A DNA stretch of 64,000 nucleotides. Origin: Candidatus Bathyarchaeota archaeon (GTDB lineage: Archaea > Thermoproteota > Bathyarchaeia > Bathyarchaeales > Bathycorpusculaceae). Positions 19,813 through 28,722 of this stretch are shown here, in pieces; the first letter of the stretch is position 1; each line of letters opens with the position of its first letter. A program made the position numbers and the translations under genes. The notes below the pieces were generated by a model. That model had not been told where the DNA came from, did no database searches, and was given only the letters and a program-made list of their open reading frames with translations. The stretch spans positions 2,048,001 through 2,112,000 of the forward strand of contig CAVZJV010000014.1 of the NCBI GenBank assembly GCA_963775685.1. Direction: 5' to 3'.

Positions 19813-21275
19813 GCGAAACCAAAAGCATCTGTCCCGAATGCCAAAAGAAAATAGACGCACAATTACGGGCAGCCAATGGCAAAATCCAAATCACAAAACA
19901 ATGCCCTGAACACGGAGATTTCAAAGCTACCCACTGGCAAAGCACACCAATATACAATCACATGCAAAAATACGACCAGTTCCAGTATCTCGGCGACCTC
20001 AACGCGCCCAAAAACCCCGACGGTTGCCCCTACAAATGTGAAACCTGCAACAAACATGCTTCAGGTACAGTCATCGGAGTAATCGACGTAACTAAACGCT
20101 GCAACTTCAAGTGTGCAGTTTGCTTCTCCACTTTTCCAGATCAGGAAGCGGATTATGAACCCACTAAAGAAGCCCTTATAAACATGCTCGAGTTCGCAGC
20201 CAAAGCTAACCCCAAACCCCCTGCAATTCTGTTCTCAGGCGGAGAACCACTTGAGCGGGAAGATATGCCTGAAATCATAGCTGCTGCTCACAGACTTAAG
20301 TTCATGACTATTCTCGCGACCAATGGGACGCATTTGGTTGACACCCCTGGGTTAGCGAAGAAGCTTAAAGATAGCGGCTTAAACATTGTTTATTTGTCGT
20401 TTGACAGTTTTCATGAGGAATTTAACAAAAGGGTCAGAGGACGAGAACTCTTAGATATGAAGCTCAAGGCTATTGATGTTTGTCGCATGCACGACATGGA
20501 AATAATTCTTGTCAATACCCTCATGAAGAGCTTAAACGATAAAGAAGTCGGCGACATGATTCGTTTCGCCGCCAAAAACACCGACATCGTCCGAGGTTTA
20601 ATCTTCCAGCCAATTGCATTTACGGGTAGGGCAACTGAGAACCCGTTCCGCGAAAACTTTCGGGAATGGAGCTTTGCTGAGGACGTTGAAAAACAAACAA
20701 GTGGCGAAATAAAATCTACTGATTTGTATCCGATGTCGGTTATGACTTCGCCGATAAAAATTATGCGTAAATTTATGCAGAAGCCTTGGCCGCTTTTCTC
20801 CTGCAGCCCACAATGCGGTATAGTTAACTGGGTTTACGTATCGAAAAGCGGCAAAATGTTCCCTATCAACCGTTTTGTAAACTTCGACCGATTTTTTAAC
20901 AGCATACGCAAAACAGCCGAAAATGCCGAATCTAAAGGCAAAATGTCCCTTCTCTCATCGCTATTTATGGCTTCTATGCTGTCGATGGACATGTTTTTAG
21001 TTACTAAAGAAGTCGGTATGCACACTCTGATGAAATCAATTATGCGGATGCACCTTGCTCCATCCTATCAATCGCTGGGCAAAATCCGGAGGAGAATATT
21101 CCTCTTGGGCTGCATGGCATTCATGGATTCATACAACTTCGACGTTAACCGCGTAAGACGATGCGTTGTGCATTACATTACGCCGGATTTGAAGATTATT
21201 CCATTCTGCGCATACAATAATGTGCACCGGGTTGCGATAGAAAAAGACTATGCGGGTAGACACAAGATAGCTTGA
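19809..21275 (+). CDS. tes: Tetraether lipid synthase (Tes / GDGT-MAS, MJ0619 family) homolog
   Basis: SICPEC...KQCPEHG (rubredoxin-like), GCPYKCETCNKH, IDVTKRCNFKCAVC, FQPIAFTGR, CMAFMDSYNFDVNRVRRCVVHY.TPD.KIIPFCAYN; ATG at 19809 overlaps the upstream TGA. Confidence 0.85.
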   Translation: MSETKSICPECQKKIDAQLRAANGKIQITKQCPEHGDFKATHWQSTPIYNHMQKYDQFQYLGDLNAPKNPDGCPYKCETCNKHASGTVIGVIDVTKRCNFKCAVCFSTFPDQEADYEPTKEALINMLEFAAKANPKPPAILFSGGEPLEREDMPEIIAAAHRLKFMTILATNGTHLVDTPGLAKKLKDSGLNIVYLSFDSFHEEFNKRVRGRELLDMKLKAIDVCRMHDMEIILVNTLMKSLNDKEVGDMIRFAAKNTDIVRGLIFQPIAFTGRATENPFRENFREWSFAEDVEKQTSGEIKSTDLYPMSVMTSPIKIMRKFMQKPWPLFSCSPQCGIVNWVYVSKSGKMFPINRFVNFDRFFNSIRKTAENAESKGKMSLLSSLFMASMLSMDMFLVTKEVGMHTLMKSIMRMHLAPSYQSLGKIRRRIFLLGCMAFMDSYNFDVNRVRRCVVHYITPDLKIIPFCAYNNVHRVAIEKDYAGRHKIA

Positions 21276-21392
21276 TTGAAAACATATTGAGAATAATCTA
21301 AGATCTGTCAAAAAACCAAACAAAACTGACCTATTCGGACTGATTGCGCTTTTTTATCGATGGGCCCTTCTTTAAGGCGAAGACATGCCTTC

Positions 21393-21917
21393 TTAGTTTA
21401 TTACTTGAATTTTTAGAACGCAGTAGTTCTGAGTAAAGGTGAGTGCGCCGTCGCTGCCCTGTTGCCAGAGCTCAAAAACCACCGAGTAGTCCCCTAAAAG
21501 TTTCTGGGTGATGCTCGCTGTTTTCTCCACTGATTTCCCATCGTTACTAATACTGCCCATATCTATGATTTGACTTGGCTGGACAGCAATTGGAAACGTG
21601 GTGAAGTTCTCCACAATTTTTACCTGTACCTGATAGCTGGCGGTCTCTCTCATGTGGTTTTCTACGTTAACGGAGACGCTGAAGGTGGTATTCTGGTTGG
21701 CGACTAAAACTTTTGGGTAATCAACCGCTTTATTGTGGGCATCAAGCAAGTAAATGGTGTTGTAGGATTCTGCTGGAGGCCTAAGCCAAACGTAGTACCC
21801 TATAACCGTGGCGGAAACGATAATTAACGCAAGGAAAATTGCAACAGCATAGCCCTTTTCCTCATCTAAACCGATTTTTCTTCCAATTCTCTTGGCACTT
21901 TCTAAACGTATCCGCAT
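21393..21917 (-). CDS. DUF1616-like membrane-anchored protein
   Basis: Single TM helix, E.YNTIYLL......DYP, V.N, FELW motifs; start uncertain. Confidence 0.6.
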   Translation of the reverse strand: MRIRLESAKRIGRKIGLDEEKGYAVAIFLALIIVSATVIGYYVWLRPPAESYNTIYLLDAHNKAVDYPKVLVANQNTTFSVSVNVENHMRETASYQVQVKIVENFTTFPIAVQPSQIIDMGSISNDGKSVEKTASITQKLLGDYSVVFELWQQGSDGALTFTQNYCVLKIQVIN

Positions 21918-22602
21918 CCATAAATCCCCTAAACATAGTGCTAAATATCTCAATTCCCGACTTAAATCTTCTCAGTTTAGGTCTTCCATATTTTCGTGTT
22001 TTGTAAGTGGTGGGGACCTCAATCATGCTGTAGCCTTCCTTGGCGAATTGAATGAGCATCTCTGTTGCATAAGCCATATCGTATGCTTTGAGTTCCACGT
22101 TGTCGATGGCGTCGTGGGATATTGCTCGGAAACCCGACTGGGTGTCGCTAAGAAATTGGCTGAAAAAGAAATCGTAGAAGGTGGTGATGACTTTGTTGCC
22201 GATAAAATTCATAAGTCCCATGGCTTTGTTGGGGTCGTACATGCGGGTGGCTAAAACCATGTCGGCGTCTTTCTCAATCATTTTGGTTATCATGCGGTTG
22301 ATGTGTCTTACTTCGTAGGTTCCGTCGCCGTCAACCATTATGATGATGTTGCCTTTTGCGTTCTTCATGCCTGTCATTAGTGCTAAGCCATAACCGCGTC
22401 TAGGTTCTATGATGAGCTTGCAGTAGCCTAAGCCTTGAACTATTTCTTTAGTGCCATCCGTCGAGTTTCCGTCAACAACGATGATTTCCTTAGGATAAGA
22501 CAAATCATTATGAATTGTAGAGACGGCTTCCAGAATATTACCCGCTTCGTTGAGTGTTGGAATTACCACCGAAACCATTTCAACTTTTGACGTCATTGGC
22601 AC
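21862..22602 (-). CDS. Glycosyltransferase family 2 (DPM1-like)
   Basis: VSVVIPTLNEA, VVDGNSTDGT, GYG, DGDGTY, DTQSGFRA. Confidence 0.9.
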   Translation of the reverse strand: MPMTSKVEMVSVVIPTLNEAGNILEAVSTIHNDLSYPKEIIVVDGNSTDGTKEIVQGLGYCKLIIEPRRGYGLALMTGMKNAKGNIIIMVDGDGTYEVRHINRMITKMIEKDADMVLATRMYDPNKAMGLMNFIGNKVITTFYDFFFSQFLSDTQSGFRAISHDAIDNVELKAYDMAYATEMLIQFAKEGYSMIEVPTTYKTRKYGRPKLRRFKSGIEIFSTMFRGFMDADTFRKCQENWKKNRFR

Positions 22603-22641
22603 ACATCCATTTCAAGAGGCTAATATGTTTCCGTCACATGG

Positions 22642-23799
22642 TTAAATAAGTTCTTCGTATATTTCAACAAGCCTTTCAACGTTTGCATCCCAGCTGTATT
22701 TTTCTTCCATCATGGCGCGAAGTTCTTTTTTGCGTGAACAAAAATCAATAGCTGCAAAATCCAAAACTGCCTTCACAAGTAGTTCTGGTTGGTTAGGCGG
22801 CACCAGTTTCCCATAATCCTCTGTGAGAACCTCTCTTATCCCCCCAACGTCGGTGGCTATAACTGGGAGTCCGCATGCCATTGCTTCAAGCGCAACCAGC
22901 GGCAGGCCTTCACCTGATTTAGAAGGCAACACAAACAAGTCTGCAACATTGTAGTACGATGGCAAATCCTCATCGCTGACAAACCCTGATAGCCTGAAGT
23001 TAGCTTCAATCCCCAATTGGGTAACGTGTAACTTGACACTTTCCATATCTGGACCTTTACCGACAACCAAAAATACAATTTTAGGGTTCCTTTTAACCGC
23101 AATGTTCGCAGTGTCTATTAGTGTGTCGACACCGTTTTTGTAAACAAGTCGTCTCACTGTTAGAACTACGGTGGCGTGTTGGGGAATCCCGAGTTTTTTC
23201 CGCATTTCCTCGCGTTTTCCCGTTATTGGTCGAAACCTTGCTAAGTCAACGCCGTTGTAGATGACGCTGACTTTGCTTGGTTTTGCGCCTAACCTTAACA
23301 CATAATCTTTAGTTGCGCCGCTTATCGCGATGATTTTGTCTGCGGTTTTGAGGTTTTGTTTTCCCACTGTCAAATCGTTTAAACGCTCAACATTGTCAAA
23401 GATATTGTTGTAGTCGATGAAGGTGTTGTGTTGGGTGAGTACGAAAGGTTTGCTGCATAGTTTGGCTAATTTACCTGCTGTGAGTGAGGTTAGGTATGGA
23501 TGTCCATGAGCGTGGACAATCTTGCTTGATTTCACTGCTTTAACAAAGGTTGGAAAGCTGGGCACGGTTGGAATTGAGTAAGGAATGCCGAGGCGGAACC
23601 CTGTGTTGAGTGATTCATAACATTCGACAGGCACCCCATCGACCATGTAGTGTTTAGGTGTTTCTATTCTGTTGGTTACTACCATAGGTGCAAAATTTCT
23701 CTTCTGTAGACGCTTGCTTTGTTCATTAACCACCTTCTCTATTCCGCCAACATGCGGCAAGAAAGTGTGTGTAACAATGCAGAGGCGAATTTGAACCAT
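22642..23799 (-). CDS. Glycosyltransferase family 4
   Basis: PHVGGIE, HAH, YNGVD, EGLPLVALEAMACGLPVIATDVGG. Confidence 0.9.
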   Translation of the reverse strand: MVQIRLCIVTHTFLPHVGGIEKVVNEQSKRLQKRNFAPMVVTNRIETPKHYMVDGVPVECYESLNTGFRLGIPYSIPTVPSFPTFVKAVKSSKIVHAHGHPYLTSLTAGKLAKLCSKPFVLTQHNTFIDYNNIFDNVERLNDLTVGKQNLKTADKIIAISGATKDYVLRLGAKPSKVSVIYNGVDLARFRPITGKREEMRKKLGIPQHATVVLTVRRLVYKNGVDTLIDTANIAVKRNPKIVFLVVGKGPDMESVKLHVTQLGIEANFRLSGFVSDEDLPSYYNVADLFVLPSKSGEGLPLVALEAMACGLPVIATDVGGIREVLTEDYGKLVPPNQPELLVKAVLDFAAIDFCSRKKELRAMMEEKYSWDANVERLVEIYEELI

Positions 23800-23899
23800 G
23801 GAAGCCCAACGGGTAAAACCTCAATCGGCAGACTATTATAATCTTCTGGTAAACAATGGCAAATGGTCTGCAGGGGGTTCTGGCACATTTTTGTTGAAA

Positions 23900-24391
23900 T
23901 TATGGTGGGGTGTCTATGCTCTTCAAAGCACGGGTATACACGTTTGAGGATGCTCCAGCAACCAAAGCGCCTATGGCGTCGTTAGTGAGCGGCGGAAGTT
24001 TTTTTAGGATGCCTGGTTTGGCTTGGTCAAAGCGTACGAACTCAAACATGCCTTTTGACCCGCCGATGTAGGTGGCTATAGCTATCCCTATAAGTTCGTC
24101 AGCGACCAGCCCCGGTCTGCCCATAAATCTCTCCCTGGTTAATCCTGGAATTCGTCCGTTCTCTGCTTCTTCTTGGGCGTGGAAGGCGGCAACGATTAGG
24201 GTGGAGACGTTAACGTCAGTTAGGATGTCGAGGAGTTCGGATCTGAGCATTTCGGAGGCTTTTTCTTCGGTTTCTATGCCTGGGTGCGGAACGTACATTT
24301 CGAGAGCTGCGTGAATGAGGCTTTTGAGGGAAATGTCTTTTTTTTCCAGGTACTCAAGCAAAGGAGGGATTTTATCGGTCATGTGATTCAA
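23900..24391 (-). CDS. cobZ: Alpha-ribazole phosphatase CobZ (PgpA-like, archaeal type)
   Basis: DVNVSTLI.AA, LVADELIGIAIATYIGG.KG.FEF.RFD..KPGIL..LPP..DAIGALVAG. Confidence 0.75.
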   Translation of the reverse strand: MNHMTDKIPPLLEYLEKKDISLKSLIHAALEMYVPHPGIETEEKASEMLRSELLDILTDVNVSTLIVAAFHAQEEAENGRIPGLTRERFMGRPGLVADELIGIAIATYIGGSKGMFEFVRFDQAKPGILKKLPPLTNDAIGALVAGASSNVYTRALKSIDTPP

Positions 24392-24691
24392 CCTTTGTTT
24401 TAGAAGTTTGGGACTGTTTTAAGTGTTATGTGGCAGGTTTACCGTAACGCTTATATGAAAAGGTTGGATAAACCAACCAAATGGTATGTGTGATAATTTG
24501 ATAAACATTAAGAAAACATTGCCAGTTCAAGCCAAAGTTTTACTGAAAGGTAAATTATCTGAAAGTTTGACAAGTAAAACCTTATTTTCATGTTTATCTG
24601 TTTCTATACATAAGAGTCAATTTTACGTTCACCCAAAACCCATAACCCAAATAATGGTTGAGGGTGAAATTAGTTAGGAGGAAAAAACAAG

Positions 24692-25363
24692 ATGAAAGTT
24701 GTTGCTTCATGGAGCGGCGGCAAAGACAGCGCCTACGCATACTTCTTGGCCACCCAGCGGGGTCACCAAATAATTAACCTATTAACTATGATGATGAGCG
24801 AAGAAAAATCAAATTTCCACATGATACCCTCAGGAATCCTTGATGCACAAGCAGAAGCTATCGGGATACCCTTGATTAAAAAAACTACATCGGCAGCAAA
24901 GTACGAGGAGGATTTCAAGGCTGCTCTGCTCGAATGCAAAGCAAAGGGCGCGCAGGGTTTAGTTACGGGGGACATCTATGAGGTTGCTGGGCATGAGGAA
25001 GGTTGGCTTGGGCGAATCTGCAAAGAAGTAGGCTTAACCCCTGTTAAGCCGCTTTGGATGGGTGACACAAAACAAATCTACCTTGATTATCTAAAAACTG
25101 GCTTCCAAGCCACCGTTGTGCGCACCAAACTTGAGTTGCTTGGCTTAGATTGGCTGGGTAGACCATTGAACCGAAAGTTCTATGACGACATCCTTAAACT
25201 TGGCAATGTTGACGCATGCGGCGAAGGCGGTGAATACCACACCGTCATAACCGATGGACCAACCTTCGAGAAAAAGATTGAAATCCAAGAAACACAGAAG
25301 CATAAGCTTGAGGGCGGTTTTGGATACTTGGAAATCAAGAGATTCAAAGTTATGCCCAAGTAA
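24692..25363 (+). CDS. DUF71/COG2102 PP-loop ATP-dependent amidoligase (diphthine-ammonia ligase family)
   Basis: SWSGGKDS PP-loop, PLW, DACGEGGEYHT...DGP.F; RBS AGGAGG upstream. Confidence 0.85.
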   Translation: MKVVASWSGGKDSAYAYFLATQRGHQIINLLTMMMSEEKSNFHMIPSGILDAQAEAIGIPLIKKTTSAAKYEEDFKAALLECKAKGAQGLVTGDIYEVAGHEEGWLGRICKEVGLTPVKPLWMGDTKQIYLDYLKTGFQATVVRTKLELLGLDWLGRPLNRKFYDDILKLGNVDACGEGGEYHTVITDGPTFEKKIEIQETQKHKLEGGFGYLEIKRFKVMPK

Positions 25364-25375
25364 AGGGAAACCAAA

Positions 25376-26464
25376 ATGGACGTACTGATTTCGAATAACA
25401 CGTTGAAGGCCAAAGCTTTCCTTGACGAAATAGAAGCCAAAAACCCACTTTTCCTCTGCACCATAGCCACAACTGAAACCGGCAAAATCCCAGGGTTATC
25501 CGCGGCTGGTGCCAATCCTGACTTTACCGATTTCACCCCGCCCGCAGATGCGGAGCTGCTACTGTTGGGCAAGTGCAAATCTATTCAAGGCGTCCCAATT
25601 ACACCCGACGGCATTCCGACGCCTGGTTTGATAACCACATCAGCCCTGCATTTAGCTGACATACCTGTGCTGGTTGTCAACGGCGGCGTGAAGGTTAAGC
25701 CTCAGATTCCCTACGTTGATTTAGGTGGCAATCCTGGGCGAGACATCCGTACCGGCGACTCTGTTGACAATGTCGAAGAAGTCATCGAACGCGCCAAGGT
25801 CTTAGGTGAACAACTAGCGAAAGTGTCGGATTATCTTGTAATAGGTGAGAGCATTCCCGGTGGAACCACAACAGCGCTCGGCGTCCTGTCGGCTTTGGGC
25901 GTTAACGCGCAGGGCAAAGTCAGTAGTACTCTTCCTGAGAATCCTCATAATTTAAAGGCAGAAGTGGTTGCGGCAGGTTTGAAGGCAGCAGGAGAAAAAT
26001 TCGGTAGCCTAAAACGCAGCCCCATAAAAGCTGTGTCATGCGTGGGTGATCCCATGATGGCAGCAATGGCTGGTTTGGTTATCGGTGGAGCAAGACAGGG
26101 ACCTGTTTTGATGGCTGGTGGAACCCAGATGACTGCAGTTTTGGCTGTAATTAATGCCTTGAATCCTGAGTCACTCTGCAACGTGGCTGTGGGAACGACT
26201 CGGTGGGTGGTAAATGACGTGAAGTCCGACATTTGCGGCATCGTTAAGCAGTTCTGCCAAGTGCCGATAATAGCGGCAGACTTGGACTTTGGTCCCTCAA
26301 AGTATCCGGGTTTACAGATCTATGAAACAGGACTTGTCAAGGAGGGCGTTGGAGCGGGCGGAGCCTCGATTGCGGCGATGTCAAAGACCGGTGGTGCAGT
26401 TTCAAAGGATATACTTCTTAAGGAAATAGAGCGTAACTATGCTTCACTGATGAACAAAAAGTGA
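25376..26464 (+). CDS. cobT: Nicotinate-mononucleotide-dependent phosphoribosyltransferase CobT (archaeal MJ1598/TIGR00303 type)
   Basis: T.T..IPGLSAAG, TP.ADAE, GESIPGGTTTA, GDP, LMAGGTQM, VKEGVGAGG. Confidence 0.9.
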   Translation: MDVLISNNTLKAKAFLDEIEAKNPLFLCTIATTETGKIPGLSAAGANPDFTDFTPPADAELLLLGKCKSIQGVPITPDGIPTPGLITTSALHLADIPVLVVNGGVKVKPQIPYVDLGGNPGRDIRTGDSVDNVEEVIERAKVLGEQLAKVSDYLVIGESIPGGTTTALGVLSALGVNAQGKVSSTLPENPHNLKAEVVAAGLKAAGEKFGSLKRSPIKAVSCVGDPMMAAMAGLVIGGARQGPVLMAGGTQMTAVLAVINALNPESLCNVAVGTTRWVVNDVKSDICGIVKQFCQVPIIAADLDFGPSKYPGLQIYETGLVKEGVGAGGASIAAMSKTGGAVSKDILLKEIERNYASLMNKK

Positions 26465-26471
26465 AGCGCGC

Positions 26472-27224
26472 TTGGTCATTAGACAACTAAAAAATCTTCT
26501 TTCTTTCTTAACCGTTTTCCCAGTCGCCATGGACGGGAATCTTCTTACTGACTGCGCACAAAACATGTGGGCTTTTCCGCTATTTGGTGCGTTCCTCGGT
26601 TTCTTGGCGGGATTGTTTGGTTTGGTGGCTTTCCGCCTTTTGCCCAGCATAGTTGCGGGCGCACTGGTTTTGGCTCTGCTGCTATGGATGACAGGGTTGC
26701 ATCATACTGATGGGCTGCTGGATTTTGGCGACGGCGTTATGGCACACGGTTCAACGGAACACAAAATTGACGTCATGCATGACCAACTCACAGGCGCCGG
26801 CGGCTTAGCCCTGGGAATCCTGACTATATTAATCTCTGTGCTAGCGTTTGGGCAACTAAACATTAGCCTTATTCTTCCTTCAGTGATTGTGGTTGAGCTC
26901 TGCGCCAAGCTTTCGATGGTTGTGGCGGCTTGGGCAGGCAAATCAGTGCATCAAGGTATGAATTCGCCGTTTCTTGAAGCCATGCACGGACGCGGCGGCA
27001 ACCTGCGCTTGGGGGCGGCACTAATAATCTCTTTCGCTGCGGGATTGCTTTTGTTGAAGTTTGCAGGAATCCTTGTTGTTTTGGCCGGTATAATTACAGG
27101 TTTAGTGATGGTCGCTGTTGCCCACGAGCACTTCAAAGGTGTCACAGGCGACGTGTTTGGCGCCACAAACGAGTTGACAAGGCTGGTTTGCGTGGTTGTT
27201 TTGGTGGCGGTGGTTATACGGTAA
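26472..27224 (+). CDS. cobS: Cobamide synthase CobS (copy 2)
   Basis: LLSFLTVFP, TGLHHTDGLLDFGDG, MHD...GAGG, GVTGDVFGATNE. Confidence 0.88.
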   Translation: MVIRQLKNLLSFLTVFPVAMDGNLLTDCAQNMWAFPLFGAFLGFLAGLFGLVAFRLLPSIVAGALVLALLLWMTGLHHTDGLLDFGDGVMAHGSTEHKIDVMHDQLTGAGGLALGILTILISVLAFGQLNISLILPSVIVVELCAKLSMVVAAWAGKSVHQGMNSPFLEAMHGRGGNLRLGAALIISFAAGLLLLKFAGILVVLAGIITGLVMVAVAHEHFKGVTGDVFGATNELTRLVCVVVLVAVVIR

Positions 27225-27829
27225 TCGCACTTGTTATGGCTGGCGGCAGGGGCACCCGTATGAAGCTGGCGCAGGAGAAACCACTCATTGAAGTTTGCGG
27301 CAAACCCGTCATCGAATATGTTCTCTCAGCGCTCAAAGAAGCCAAAAAGATTGATCACGTAATTGTTGCCACAACTAAATGCACACCTAAGACCACAAAG
27401 CTTATGCATCAACTTGGCGTAGAAGTCATCGAAACCCCCGGAAAAGACTACGTTTCCGACATGGGCTACGTCGTTCAAACCCTAAAGCTGGGTGTTTTCT
27501 TAGCTATCGCGGCTGACCTTCCATTGGTGAGGAGCCAAATGATTGACGCAGTTTTGGAACGTTACGAACGCTGTGGCAAACCTGCGTTGACGGTTGCGGT
27601 TCCTTTAGAAACTAAGGCAAAGTTGGGCATGTGCATCGAATACTCCTTCAAACTAGACGAAAAGAACGTGGTTCCAGTGGGCATAAACGTCATCGATGGA
27701 AGCAAACGGTACGGCGACGAATGGCTCGACCAAGACATCTACCTGCTAAACTTCCGAGAACTAGCCGTCAATATCAACACGGTGCCGGAGTTGCAGCTTG
27801 CAGAACGATTGCTGTCTCAGAAGCGGTAG
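27218..27829 (+). CDS. cobY: CobY-like nucleotidyltransferase (copy 2); start codon ambiguous (ACG at 27218 or ATG at 27236)
   Basis: VIALVMAGGRGTRM..EKPL, TPGKDYVSD, ADLP, PVGINVIDG, NINT. Confidence 0.8.
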   Translation, partial: TVIALVMAGGRGTRMKLAQEKPLIEVCGKPVIEYVLSALKEAKKIDHVIVATTKCTPKTTKLMHQLGVEVIETPGKDYVSDMGYVVQTLKLGVFLAIAADLPLVRSQMIDAVLERYERCGKPALTVAVPLETKAKLGMCIEYSFKLDEKNVVPVGINVIDGSKRYGDEWLDQDIYLLNFRELAVNINTVPELQLAERLLSQKR

Positions 27830-28348
27830 AAAAGAAATCTTGCCTAAATGGTCTTTCTTGTATAAGTGGGTTCTTAGCATGTTAATGAATGCAGAAACTG
27901 CCAATTCGATCTTCTCCTCTTGGTTTTGCAATAAGTTTCTGTTAAGCTTCGAAGCTGGGCAAGATAGATTTTTTTTGGAAGGGTTAGCTAAGATTTTCTC
28001 TTGTTATTCTTGCAATATGAGGAAAAGATGATCGGGAAATATTTGTTGTCTGATAGAACAACATCGCTTGAAAATTGCAGAATGGCTGAGGTTGTTTTGG
28101 GTCGCTTTTGTAATACAGGCTTTGCAATGTTTGCAGTTGCGTCTGGATTAGTCACAAAACGTCATAAAAAGTAAATTTGTCCTTTGGGAAGAATAACAAT
28201 TGCCGTTACTAATTGATAAACCTCCATGAAACCAAAAAATGCTAACGAAATGTAAAATTATGCACAAATCTAGGCTCCAAATAGGTATTAGCTAAATAAT
28301 AGCTGGACTGGCTTACGCAACTAAAATAAGTAACTATCAACTTAGGAA

Positions 28349-28720
28349 ATGTGTATGACGTCTCCTAAAAAAGCGTTCAAAACAACAGACGAGTACGTTG
28401 CTTCTTTTCCCAATAACGTGCAATTTGCTCTCCAGCAAATAAGGCAAGCCATCAAAGAATCTGCACCACAAGCACAAGAAGTCATAAGCTATAGCATGCC
28501 TGCCTTCAAACAAGATAGCATCTTGGTTTGGTTTGCATCTTTCAAGAACCACATCGGTTTTTTCCCTAAAGTTTCAGCTATGGAAGCCTTCAAAGAGCAA
28601 CTGTCCAGCTACCAAACAAGCAAGGGCACCATACGGTTTCCGTTAGATAAGCCAATCCCCGTTGACCTTGTTAAGGACATAGTGAAGTTTCGAGTCAAAG
28701 AGAACCAAAGTGTAAAGTGA
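28349..28720 (+). CDS. DUF1801/YdhG-like protein
   Basis: DEYV, AP.A.EVISYSMPAF, FKNHIGFFP, SKGTIRFPLDKPIP. Confidence 0.85.
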   Translation: MCMTSPKKAFKTTDEYVASFPNNVQFALQQIRQAIKESAPQAQEVISYSMPAFKQDSILVWFASFKNHIGFFPKVSAMEAFKEQLSSYQTSKGTIRFPLDKPIPVDLVKDIVKFRVKENQSVK

Positions 28721-28722
28721 AT

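Noticed and set aside
24392-24691. Cobalamin riboswitch upstream of the DUF71-cobT operon
   Set aside because: AT-rich, with no B12-box or GGGAA/GCCACTG core visible.
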